Positions 13,151-25,242 are shown, numbered from the stretch's first letter. The stretch: 64,000 nt of DNA from Eledone cirrhosa (GCA_964016885.1 OZ024742.1:356314001-356378000); one strand, 5' to 3'. A program made the numbers and translations. The notes: generated from the sequence alone by a model not told the origin.

Positions 13151-14289
13151 TTATACTTCTCTTAGGTCAGTGTTGTTTGTTTGGGTGTTGTTGTTCCACT
13201 CATTCTTTCTGTTTAGCTTTGGTCTTCTAATTTCTATTTCACTGGCCTCTCTGATTTGCCTATCTGCTGGGTCATTCCTATGTTTAGATATTATTCTAAT
13301 TTCTATGTTGTCTATGTTACCGTCATGTTGTTGTCTAGCATGTTCGTATAGTACTGACCCGTTTTTTCGTCCTTTTAGTTCCCCCCAGTGTTGGTCTATC
13401 CTTTCACCTATGCTACGAGCTGTCTCACCTATGTATGTTGTTGTCGTGTTTCTGCAAGTACCCTCTGTACATCTTATGCTATAGACTACGTTTCTAGTTT
13501 TACAGTTTATCCGGGGGTTCACCTTACATATGATACATTTCCTATTGGTATAGTGGGTTTTCTTAAAAGGGTAGGTTTTGCTGATCAGGGATTTTATGGT
13601 GGTTCCTGGCTTTTCTACCACCTTTATTTTTAAGTGGGTCTTTCTCAGGGCCTTTCTACACTGGTTAGCTAATTTCCCTCCAGGGGTGGCGTCCACAAAC
13701 ATGACACTCTGATATCTCTGGTTGTCGTACCATGATGTGGCATTCCCTATCTTATGTCTAGCCCTATCTAAGCTATTCCATGATTTGCTCCTGTATAGTG
13801 GGCAAATTCCTTTCATGTCCAGTTCTATGAGGGTCTTATACTTTTCCATGGCTCCTTCGTATACTCTGACTCTGTCTCTTTGGTTGTAGCCAGAGAACTG
13901 CATGCGGTTGATGAAGTGTTGGATGTGTCCTTCCATTTCTGTTGGGTCGCACATGCTGGACACATTCTTCATCACTCGTACCAAATCTGCGATCAGAATA
14001 TTAAACTTAGCACTACTGGACATTGCTGAGTTTTTGAGTATCAGGTATTTGGAGGCCATGGGTTTAGCATAGTGTGAGTGGAGAATTTGGGCTCTCTCGT
14101 CTATAGTGTTAATCCAGAGTTCTGTGTCTAATACAGGTAGTCTATTGTTAGGGTGTTTGGAAGGGAAGTCTATAGTTACAGTTATACTCTGGTGTATGGA
14201 ATTAGCTATCTGCTGGATGCTTTCCATCGTGCTACGTTCTAAATCAAACTTGTTAGTGCTCTCCAGTGGGGGTGTTCTTATAACTATAT
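13151..14289 (-). pseudogene. Mirror copy of the PLE-C ORF, about 21 codons longer at the 5' end
   Basis: ORF 13151..14410; the spacer continues this frame (NIVIRTPPLESTNKFDLERSTMESIQQ). Confidence 0.88.
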
Positions 14290-15365
14290 TGGAAAGCATC
14301 CAGCAGATAGCTAATTCCATACACCAGAGTATAACTGTAACTATAGACTTCCCTTCCAAACACCCTAACAATAGACTACCTGTATTAGACACAGAACTCT
14401 GGATTAACACTATAGACGAGAGAGCCCAAATTCTCCACTCACACTATGCTAAACCCATGGCCTCCAAATACCTGATACTCAAAAACTCAGCAATGTCCAG
14501 TAGTGCTAAGTTTAATATTCTGATCGCAGATTTGGTACGAGTGATGAAGAATGTGTCCAGCATGTGCGACCCAACAGAAATGGAAGGACACATCCAACAC
14601 TTCATCAACCGCATGCAGTTCTCTGGCTACAACCAAAGAGACAGAGTCAGAGTATACGAAGGAGCCATGGAAAAGTATAAGACCCTCATAGAACTGGACA
14701 TGAAAGGAATTTGCCCACTATACAGGAGCAAATCATGGAATAGCTTAGATAGGGCTAGACATAAGATAGGGAATGCCACATCATGGTACGACAACCAGAG
14801 ATATCAGAGTGTCATGTTTGTGGACGCCACCCCTGGAGGGAAATTAGCTAACCAGTGTAGAAAGGCCCTGAGAAAGACCCACTTAAAAATAAAGGTGGTA
14901 GAAAAGCCAGGAACCACCATAAAATCCCTGATCAGCAAAACCTACCCTTTTAAGAAAACCCACTGTACCAATAGGAAATGTATCATATGTAAGGTGAACC
15001 CCCGGATAAACTGTAAAACTAGAAACGTAGTCTATAGCATAAGATGTACAGAGGGTACTTGCAGAAACACGACAACAACATACATAGGTGAGACAGCTCG
15101 TAGCATAGGTGAAAGGATAGACCAACACTGGGGGGAACTAAAAGGACGAAAAAACGGGTCAGTACTATACGAACATGCTAGACAACAACATGACGGTAAC
15201 ATAGACAACATAGAAATTAGAATAATATCTAAACATAGGAATGACCCAGCAGATAGGCAAATCAGAGAGGCCAGTGAAATAGAAATTAGAAGACCAAAGC
15301 TAAACAGAAAGAATGAGTGGAACAACAACACCCAAACAAACAACACTGACCTAAGAGAAGTATAA
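14290..15365 (+). pseudogene. PLE RT C-terminus/thumb plus GIY-YIG endonuclease (open but 5'-truncated)
   Basis: DFPSKHPNNRLPVLDTELW, YAKPMAS, FSGYN, CTNRKCIIC..CKTRNVVYSIRC..C..YIGETARSIGERIDQH..LYEHARQQH..RQIREASEI..LNRKNEW; RT catalytic motif is upstream of the truncation. Confidence 0.9.
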
Positions 15366-15629
15366 ATAAATAAGTAAATTAAATAAAATAAAATAAGATA
15401 AATAAATACATACACAAGCACATAAACACACACTAGTCACCCAGCAGACACAACACTATACACACTAGTCACACATCACACATAACACTATACACACACG
15501 CAAACGCATGCGCAAAGAAGACAAAATAAAATAAGATAAACAAACAAGCAAATAAATAAATAAATATATAGACAGACTGAACACAAAAAAAAATGGCGTA
15601 GACATACAACACAACAGGAGGAACAATGA

Positions 15630-15686
15630 ATATAACACCACTGACGATGTTGCAGATGTGCAACGAAAGATTTATGTAAATTATGT
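15630..15686 (+). ncRNA. Putative minimal hammerhead ribozyme (PLE-C)
   Basis: CTGACGA(T)-GTTGCA-GATG-TGCAAC-GAAA-GATT-TA; extra U after A9; weak, interrupted stem I. Confidence 0.6.
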
Positions 15687-15890
15687 AAACTATATATATA
15701 TGTGTTTGTCTATATTGTATCTGTATTATTTTTGACCGCCGGTCAGTCAATGGCAACATTGAGGACCGAGTAAGTTAGATCGCAGATATATATATATAAA
15801 AGACAGCGAGAAGCGAAAACCAACCAAACAGTGAGTGTGTTCTGTTATTAATTCTGGCAATATTACGCAAATATGACCCTCCCCAAATAT

Positions 15891-15898
<8 letters not shown>

Positions 15899-15958
<60 letters not shown>

Positions 15959-16182
15959 ATATATATGTGTATATATATATATGTATGTATATATATATAT
16001 ATGTGTGCGTGTATATATATGTGTATATATATATATGTATATATATATATGTGTATATATATATATGTATATATATATATATGTGTGTATATATGTATAT
16101 ATATGTGTCTGTGTATATATATGTGTATATATATATATATGTGTATATGTTATATATATATATTTATATATATATGTGTATA

Positions 16183-16225
<43 letters not shown>

Positions 16226-16338
16226 ATATATATGTGTATATATATATATGAGTATATGTTATATATATATGTGTATATATAAATGTGTATATGTTATATG
16301 TATATATATATATGTATATATATATGTTTGTATATATG

Positions 16339-16421
<83 letters not shown>

Positions 16422-16484
16422 ATATATATGTGTATATATATATGTATGTATATATATATATATGTGTGCGTGTATATATATGTG

Positions 16485-16515
<31 letters not shown>

Positions 16516-16555
16516 GTGTATATATATATATGTGTATATATATGTGTATATATAT
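15899..16555. repeat. (TA)n/(TG)n compound microsatellite
   Basis: Directly visible. Confidence 0.95.
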
Positions 16556-17163
16556 GTCAGGTCACCAGCTGGTGCTACTGGTAACATGTATCCCAGTACA
16601 ACCTGTCTCATAGTCGGGTCGTTGGCGACTAAACTGGCAGCCCCACCAAGGTTTCTTGGTGAGGAGGGTAACTTTGGACATCCTGCAGGACTAAAAACGA
16701 AACCTGTCAAAGGGCAAAGGAGCTCTTAAGAGTCAATGGCCATCCAAAATCACCGGGAGAGATGACCCCTTAGCCTTTGTCAAGGCAGAATTCTAGGAGA
16801 AGGAAAACTCTGATATAACACGTGCTACCCTGATGGTATCCAATGATGTTGACTTGTTCTTCTTTTTGGTAAATATCATCTTGGTTAAGGGAGTGGGACT
16901 GGCTTTTCGCAGTGCCTTTGCTCACTATAAAAGCTTCACGGCACAGGCATTGCTTTATATCTGGAGATCTTTCTGCACCTGTCGTTACACGGTACCATGG
17001 GCCCAGCACTATGTGTCAATAATTGTCACAGGTGTAGTATTTGTACCAGAGTTTTCAAGTCGCTGGCTGGACTAAAAAGTCATATTCGTTCAGCGCATCG
17101 GTAGGGGTTCTCCTAGATGGATATAAAGTATTGGCCGTACTCGAAAACGAGTTGGCAGCCACC
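16556..17163 (+). mobile_element. Internally deleted RTE-type element (5'-UTR-like part joined to ORF 3' end)
   Basis: CTAGGAGAAGGAAAACTCTGA (~16793-16813) is an RTE 5'-UTR motif; 17033-17104 reads CSICTRVFKSLAGLKSHIRSAHR*, a terminal C2H2 finger as in BovB/RTE ORFs. Confidence 0.6.
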
Positions 17164-17207
17164 ATATATATGTATATATATATGTTATATATATATGTAT
17201 ATGTATA

Positions 17208-17526
17208 TCATCATTTCATAATTTCATTTTACGTCCGCTTTTCCCTGCTTGCAAGGGTGGGACGGGAACTGATTCTGGCTTGATTTCTACATCTGGATGC
17301 CCTTCCTAACACCAACCTCATTTACAGTGTTTGCTGGGTGTTTTTTTTTTCGTGGCACCTCCACAACAACTTTGCAGTGGAATGATAGGGACCACCGTCC
17401 TATCCTCTCATTTCTGGAGCAATGTGAAATAAAGTGTCTTGCTCAAGGAAACAACACATCACTCGGTCTGAGAATTGAACTCACAACTTTCGATTGCAAG
17501 GCCAATGCTCCAACCACTAAGCCATG
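17208..17526 (-). mobile_element. tRNA-head SINE with Meta/V-like body and RTE-derived tail
   Basis: Minus strand: TGGCTTAGTGG (A box), GAGTTCAATTC (B box), CCTTGAGCAAGACACTTTATTTCAC, then GTTAGGAAGGGCATCCAG and an RTE-like 3' end; second copy at 29881. Confidence 0.8.
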
Positions 17527-17848
17527 TTCCTCCATAACAAATCGCAAGATCCTCAGATATGTCTCGATCCTACAAAGCAGAATTTCCAAATATCCAGTGC
17601 AATTCTGCTTCGTAGGATCGCGACATATGCGAGGACCTTGCGGTTTCAGAGTCAGGTTCGATCAGTACATTGATGAGCGCATCGATCGAGCTCGAGCCGG
17701 TCACCAGAGAAACGATTTTAATGTCTAATAAATCTTATCCGTAACACCATTGATTCTTTGTTTCTTATGTGATATTATACTCTGCTCTGTAATAGCATAG
17801 AGTGCTCAAACGGCATACCACCTATGGACACTTTAAGCATCCCACACC

Positions 17849-17905
<57 letters not shown>

Positions 17906-18199
17906 CATCATATATATATGTGTGTGTGTCTGTGTGTGTATCTTTTATTCTTTACTGGTTTCAGTCATTAAGCAAGTGTAGAGACTCTCTGGCTTATGCT
18001 AGAATATGCTTTGAAACCTAAGGTAGCATGCAACTTGAGAAATGATTAATAATACATACTCACACACACACACATATATGGATATACGTATATATTTACA
18101 TGTCTGATATATTTGGTTGGTTATCTGATTATTTCAGTTAATCTAGTTTGGAAATGTTGTCAGAAATAATTGAATAAAAGAAACACGGTTCAGAGTTGA

Positions 18200-20240
18200 A
18201 ATGTTGTTGTTGTGGCAGCACTAGTTGTTGTTTGTGTTCATGTGGTTGTTGTTGTTTGTCTTCATGTGGTTAGTGTTGATGGTGGTGGTTGTTGTTATTG
18301 TTTGCGTAGTGATGATGACTGTAGAAGTAGCCGTTGGTATGTTTTGTTGGTTGTAGTTGTTGTTGTAGTTGGGTGGCAGTGGTGTTAGTGGTGTTGTTGT
18401 TGGGTGGTAGTGGAGTTAGTGGTGTTGTTGTTGGGTGGTAGTGGTGTTAGTGGTGTTGTTGTTGGGTGGTAGTGGTGTCGTTGTTGGGTGGTAGTAGTGT
18501 TAATGGTGTTGTTGTTTGGGTGGTAGTGGTGTTAGTTGTGCTGCTGTTTGGGTGGGGATGGTATTAGTGGTGTTGTTGTTTGAGTGGGAGTGGTATTAGT
18601 GGTGTTGTTGATTGGGTGGTAGTGGTGTTAGTGGTGTTATTGTATGGGTGGCAGTGGTGTCAGTGGTGTTGTTGTTCGGGTGGTAGTGGTCTTAATGGTG
18701 TTGTTGTTTGGGTGTTAGTGGTGTTGTTGTTGGGTGGTAGTGGTGTTGTTGTATGGGTGGCAGTGGTGTTAGTGGTGTTGTTATTTGGGGGGTAGTGGAG
18801 TTAGTGGTGTTGTTGTTGGGTGGTAGTGGTGTTGTTGTATGGGTGGCAGTGGTGTTAGTGGTGTTGTTATTTGGGGGGTAGTGGAGTTAGTGGTGTTGTT
18901 GTTGGGTGGTAGTGGTGTTAGTGGTGTTGTTGTTGGGTGGTAGTGGTGTCGTTGTTGGGTGGTAGTAGTGTTAATGGTGTTGTTGTTTGGGTGGTAGTGG
19001 TGTTAGTGGTGCTGCTGTTTGGGTGGGGATGGTATTAGTGGTGTTGTTGTTTGAGTGGGGGTGGTATTAGTGGTGTTGTTGATTGGGTGGTAGTGGTGTT
19101 AGTGGTGTTATTGTATGGGTGGCAGTGGTGTCAGTGGTGTTGTTGTTCGGGTGGTAGTGGTCTTAATGGTGTTGTTGTTTGGGTGTTAGTGGTGTTGTTG
19201 TTGGGTGGTAGTGGTGTTGTTGTATGGGTGGCAGTGGTGTTAGTGGTGTTGTTATTTGGGGGGTAGTGGAGTTAGTGGTGTTGTTGTTGGGTGGTAGTGG
19301 TGTTAGTGGTGTTGTTGTTGGGTGGTAGTGGTGTCGTTGTTGGGTGGTAGTAGTGTTAATGGTGTTGTTGTTTGGGTGGTAGTGGTGTTAGTGGTGCTGC
19401 TGTTTGGGTGGGGATGGTATTAGTGGTGTTGTTGTTTGAGTGGGGGTGGTATTAGTGGTGTTGTTGATTGGGTGGTAGTGGTGTTAGTGGTGTTATTGTA
19501 TGGGTGGCAGTGGTGTCAGTGGTGTTGTTGTTCGGGTGGTAGTGGTCTTAATGGTGTTGTTGTTTGGGTGTTAGTGGTGTTGTTGTTGGGTGGTAGTGGT
19601 GTTAGTAGTGTTGTTGTTGGGTGGTAGTGGTGTTAGTGGTGTTATTGTTGGGTGGTGGTGGTGTTAGTGGTGTTGTTGTTGGGTGGCAGTGTTATTAGTG
19701 GTGTTGTTGTTGGGTGGGGGTGGTGTTAGTGGTGTTGTTGTTTAGGTTGTAGTCGTGTTAGTGGTGTTGTTGTTTGGGTGGCAGTGGTGTTAGTGGTCTT
19801 GTTTTGGGGTGGTAGTGGTGTTAGTGGTGTTGTTGTTGGGTGGTAGTGGTGTTCATGGTGTTGTTGTTTGTGTGGTAGTGGTGTTAGTGGTGTTGTTGTT
19901 TGGGTGCGGGTGGTATTAGTGGTGTTGTTGTTTGGGTGATAGTGATGTTAGTGGTGTTATTGTTGGGTGGTAGTTGTGTTAGTGGTGATGTTGTATGGGT
20001 GGCAGTGGTGTCAGTGGTGTTGTTGTTTGGGTGGTAGTGGTCTTAATGGTGTTGTTTTGGGGTGTTAGTGGTGTTGTTGTTGGGTGGTAGTGGTTTTTAG
20101 TGGTTGTTGTTGTTGGGTGGTAGTGGTAGTAGTGGTTTAGTGTTGTTGTTTGGAGCAGTAGCTTTAGTGGTGTTGTTGTTGTTTGATTGGCACTGTTTTT
20201 GTCGTTATTGTTGTTGTTGCTTGTTGGCAGTAGTGTTAGT
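18200..20240. repeat. GT-rich minisatellite (~30-33-bp unit GGTGGTAGTGGTGTTAGTGGTGTTGTTGTTG) with higher-order duplications
   Basis: Marker GGGTGGGGATGGTATTAG at 18550, 19021 and 19406. Confidence 0.93.
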
Positions 20241-20464
20241 GGGGATGTCCATAGCAGTAGGGACTGGCTGCTGCTACTGTTACTATCGTTTACTATGTAA
20301 CATCTATAACAATGTTTATATGTACTGTAGCTATTTGTTTGCTGATTCCTCAACATTGATTGATATTTTGTTGTTATTCTTACATCTAAAATAATTTATT
20401 AGGGATGTAAAGGTCAATGAATTATCTTTTGTTTTGAATGTCAAATCCATCTCTCTCTCTCTTT

Positions 20465-20478
20465 AATATATATATATA

Positions 20479-20549
<71 letters not shown>

Positions 20550-20780
20550 CTGTATATATGTGTATATATATGTATATATATATATATACATATACACACA
20601 TACATATATATACAAATATACGTGTATATATATATATATATGTATATATATATACATATCGAATATAGAAAGGTATATATATACGTGTATATATATACAT
20701 GTATATACATATACGCACTTATATATATATACACACACACACACACGCATATATATATATGTACATGCATTCACGTATAC
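20465..20780. repeat. (TA)n/(TG)n/(CA)n microsatellite
   Basis: Directly visible. Confidence 0.93.
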
Positions 20781-20880
20781 ATCGCTATTTCTCAGCACCA
20801 ATCGTACTACTTAACTTTTGCTGGACCGGCAATCGCTCTGTATAATCAGCTCCTCATTATTACTGGATTTCTGGAATAAA

Positions 20881-21070
20881 GGGCGGTGGATTGGCAGTAT
20901 CGGTAGAGGGTCGGACGCTATGCTTTCCAGCATAGTTACGCCCCTTTACGATCTGAGTTCAAATCCCGCCGAGGTTGACTTTGCCTTTCATCCTTACGGG
21001 GTCGATAAAATAAAGTACCAGTAATGCACTGGTAATTGCTGGCCTTGTGTCTAAAGTAGAAACAATTATT
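20881..21070 (+). mobile_element. Deu/Nin-domain SINE
   Basis: TGGCAGTATCGG (A box), GAGTTCAAATCC (B box), GCCTTTCATCCTTACGGGGTCGATAAAATAAAGTACCAG core, (ATT)n tail; more than 14 copies in the window. Confidence 0.88.
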
Positions 21071-21273
21071 ACTGGAATTCTATAAGAATCCAGCTTCTAT
21101 AATTTTTCTTTGGAAGCAGGGAAGTGCGTGGTTCTGATGAACGCCAACCAACGTAAAGAAGTAAGTGACATTGTCACTGATAAAACTGATAGTGTATGGT
21201 CTTCAAAATGTTTTTAATTAAACATATGGTATATTGCCAAATATACTATACATCGCTATTTCAGAGCACCAAT

Positions 21274-21366
<93 letters not shown>

Positions 21367-21371
<5 letters not shown>

Positions 21372-21487
21372 AAAAAGTATGACCCCGACGGCAGAGCTCA
21401 AGCCGTTTCGACGGCTATTTCTGGACTGTCCAGAAATACCCGTCGAAACGGCTTGAGCTCTGCCGTCAGGGTCATACTTTTTCCTAT
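21367..21487. repeat. 121-bp near-perfect palindrome containing the 3' half of a hammerhead
   Basis: 60-bp arms centred on 21427 with 2 mismatches; GAAA-CGGC..GCCG-TC at 21445-21467. Confidence 0.9.
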
Positions 21488-21562
21488 TCCCACTCTACTA
21501 CCCTAAGTATTGTGTACTCTGGTGTGTTATGGTCCATCTGATTCCTTACCACAATTTTTTTG

Positions 21563-21624
<62 letters not shown>

Positions 21625-21626
21625 AT

Positions 21627-24600
21627 GACCATGCTGTAAATTGGAGGGGTAGAAAGGGCCCATGAGTCCAGTAAGACATCCACTCTAGTGCTGGTGGCAC
21701 GAATAAAAGCACCCAGTCCATACTGTAAAGTGGCACTGGTTTTAGGAAGGGCATCCAATCAGTGTATCAATGCCAAAACAATTATGAGCCCAGCAACAAA
21801 TATATAGGAACAGCAAAACTATGAAGATGTCGTATCTCAGATTTGCAAGACTTAATGTTGGCACTCTCACATGTAGATCTGGTGAAATGGTGAAGAGGGT
21901 GGAGAGAAGGCATGTGGATGTGTGCTGCGTGCAAGAGGTGAGATTGAGATGTGCCTCAGTGAGAGTATTCACAGGCAAACATCTTAGCTAGAAGCTTTTC
22001 TGGGTAAGTAAGGATGATGGGTTAGGGGAAGTAGGCATTTTCCTGGCTGAGAGATGGATCAATAAGACTATAGAGGTTGTTCGAGTTAATAATCGAATAA
22101 TTAAGCTTAGATAAGCTGTAGGCAGGAGACTACTGACAATCATCTCTGCCTATGCTCCCCAAGTAGGCCTAGACAAAGAAGAGAACGACTGCTTTTACGA
22201 GCAACTTTTACAAACAGCCGCAATGACAGAGGACGGAGACATCGTTATGTTAGCAGGGGATTTCAATGGTCATGTTGGACAGCTCCAGGATGGTTACACT
22301 GGGGTACATGGTGGGCACGGTAACGGCTCAAGAAATGAAGGAGAGAGACCTCTTGAATTTTGTGATGCAATTACACTGACTATTTGCAACACTAACTTCC
22401 AGAAACCTGCCAACCCCCTAATAACATACAAATCAGGCGAGCACATAAGCCAGATTGACTTCATAGTAGTTAGGCAGCGGGACAGGCAGATAGTGTCAAA
22501 CACCAAGGCATACCCAGGGGAAGAATGTACCCCAAAGCATAGGTTAGTCGTTAGTGATATCTCAGTAATCAAGAGATGGAATGAGACATACAGGAAGATA
22601 TGGAGAAGAAAGGTATGGAAGCTAAAAGATCTTTCACTAAAATACAAATTTATGAAAGCCCTTCAAGATGTGAATGACGAGAAAGAAGACGATTTAGAGT
22701 CGTATGACAGATAATAACAGGAATTTCTTACGTGACAACTTACTGGAGGCTACTGCTGAAACTTGTGGCTGGAGCAGAGCTCCAACGAGACAGAGAGTGA
22801 CCTGGTGGTGGAACAGCACAGTAGATAGGGCCATTAGAGACAAAAGACTAGCATGGAAGGCTTGGAAAAAGGGTGGGAGTAGAGAAGGCTATACAGCTGC
22901 TAAGAGAGAAGCTAGATGTCAGGTGTACATAGCATGCAGGGAGGCTGAGAGTAGGAGGTTTGCCAATATTCTGCAATGGGAAGTTCAGAGGCGTGCAATC
23001 AGTGCCAATGCAAATCAGGATGTTGTTGGAGATAATTGTGTCCGGAATGATGCTGGTGTCCTTAGTGTCACGAATGATCAGAAAAAGGAGGCCTGGAAAT
23101 GTCATTATCAGAGACTGATGAATGTGGAGAACGAATGGGAAAGAGAGAAATTATCTTCAGTAGATCCGACAGAGGGACCAGCTATTGAGATTGACGAATA
23201 TAGGGTCCAAGAGGCGATTAAGGAAATGAAAAATGATAAGGCTGCTGGACCGTCGGGGATAGTTGCTGAGATGCTGAAAGCATCAGAGGACGTAGGCACT
23301 AAACTGGTTGCACGCCGCATCATCAATCAGGCTATATATGGTGGTGTCATACCCATAAGATCGGTGCAGCAGTATTCTCATAAATTGCTACAAAGGTAAG
23401 GGTATTAAACTGATGGATCAGGTTATGAAAGTGGCAGAAAGGGTATTAGCACAACTAATTAGAGAAAGGGTCAGACTAGATGAGATGCAGTTTGGTTTTG
23501 TGCCTGGGAAAAGTACAACAGATGCCCTCTTCTTGGTGATACAATTACAAGAGAGGTTCTTAGAGAAGAATAAGCCACTATACTTAGCCTTTGTTGACCT
23601 AGAGAAGGCCTTTGATAGGGTACCCCAATCTGTCATCTGGTGCTCCCTAAGGAAACTAGGTGTTGAGGAATGGCTTGTGAGGACAGTGCAAACTTTGTAC
23701 AGAGGTGCTGTCAGTAAAGTCAGGGTAGGAAAGGAGTTTAGTGAGGAATTCCAGATACAAGTAGGAGTACATAAAGGTTCGGTCCTCAGCCCGCTCTTGT
23801 TCATTATAGTCCTCCAAGCAATAACAGAGAAGTTTAAGACTAGCTGTCCATAGGAACTACTCTATGCTGACGATCTGGTTCTTATTGCAGAATCAGTAGA
23901 GGAACTAGAGAATAAATTCTGGCTATGGAAACAGCAGTTGGGAGCAAGAGGGCTGAGAGTGAAGCTAGCTAGGACAAAAGTGTTGATGAGTAGAAAAGAG
24001 GACAAAACTCTGATTCCGTCAGGGAAATGGCCATATTCGATATGCAGAAAAGGAACTGGCATAAATTCTATAAAATGCACACAATGCAGATCCTGGGTAC
24101 ACAAGAGATGTAGTGGGATAGCAGGCAAACTAACAGGTAGGGAGAAATACGTATGCAGTAGATGTAGAGGGAAATTGGATAGTAGAAGTCGCATTGATAG
24201 ACACATTTTTCAAATGCAGGTGGGTGTTATAGAAGTGCTTGATAGCTTCCGGTACCTAGGAGATCAGATTAGCATGGGAGGTGTGGGGGAGCGGGGGTTC
24301 CAAGACCATAGTCTCTAGAATAAGGACGGTTTGGAAGAAGTTTAGAGAATTGCTTCCTCTGCTGACGAAGAAGGGTTTCTCCCTGCGTACGAAAGGCCGG
24401 TTATATGACGCCTGTGTAAGGAGCGCTATGCGCGAAGTTGTGCGACTTGGGCTGCAACTGCAGAGGATATGCGACGGCTGGTCAGAAATGAGGCAAGCAT
24501 GCTCCGTTGGTTGTGCAATGTCAATGTGTGTGAACGACCCAGCATGTGTTGAGAGAGAAACTGTGTCTGAGAAGGATAAAAGGTAGTGTGCGAGAGAGGA

Positions 24601-24860
24601 GACTGCGGTGGTATGGACATGTGATGCGCATGGAGGATGACTGATGGGTGAAGAAGTGCCAGGAAATGCCATTTGATGGAAGACGTGGTAGAGGTAGACA
24701 ACGAAAAACATGGGCGGAGGTGGTGAGAACAGACCTCAGATTGCTGATGCTCACGGTGGAGATGACGAAAGTCTGTGACAAGTGGAGAGATGCTATGCTG
24801 AATAAAACCCGTCCCACCCTTGCATGCAGGGAAAAGCAGACATAAAATGCTGATGATGAT
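21627..24860 (+). mobile_element. Near full-length degenerate RTE LINE (copy 1)
   Basis: 5'-UTR motif AAAAGCACCCAG..TAGGAAGGGCATCC; ORF from ~21821 with APE (VQEVR, AGDFNGH, SQIDF) and RT (QFGFVPGKST, FVDLEKAFD, YADD); multiple stops and frameshifts; (GAT)n tail. Confidence 0.93.
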
Positions 24861-25164
24861 ATAGTAATAATAATAAATATGAAGACTAAACATTAATCTG
24901 TTATTTTAATAAATATATATATATATATATACACACACATATATGTGTATGTATATATATATATATATCTATGTACATATACACACATATGTACATATAT
25001 ATACATATATAATTTTTAATTGGCAGTATAATTAAGACAGCCTTAAAGCATAATAAATGTGTATATGAAAACATATATAAACATATATAAACATAAATTA
25101 TAAGTTTTTATACAAAATTGTTGTAGGGGATTCTTCTTTAAACTTTAAGGCACCATAGTTGTTT

Positions 25165-25242
25165 GTGTATTATTCTATGTACTATATTGACGAGTTGTAG
25201 TGCACCTGAGCACTTGACACAATAATTTCATTATTATTATTA
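25165..25242 (+). mobile_element. CR1-like LINE 3' terminus
   Basis: GAGTTGTAGTGCACCTGAGCACT..AATAATTTC(ATT)n, as at the end of the 28045-28648 element. Confidence 0.7.

Larger units (their letters stand above)
12562..15898. mobile_element. Penelope-like element C: two 5'-truncated copies head-to-head as a near-perfect inverted repeat (12618-14226 / 14290-15898)
   Basis: Paired positions sum to 28516 at three checkpoints (no net indel); mirrored ORFs differ by single residues; 63-bp spacer. Confidence 0.93.

Noticed and set aside
17670-17705. TTGATGAGCGC..GCTCGAGCCGGTC as a hammerhead
   Set aside because: Both core boxes deviate and there is no stem I.
18200-20394. Mucin-like or Val/Gly-rich coding sequence
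   Set aside because: Unit lengths are not consistently multiples of 3 and the listed ORFs are short.
20881-20970. tRNA genes at SINE heads
   Set aside because: A and B boxes only, no cloverleaf; these are multicopy SINE heads.
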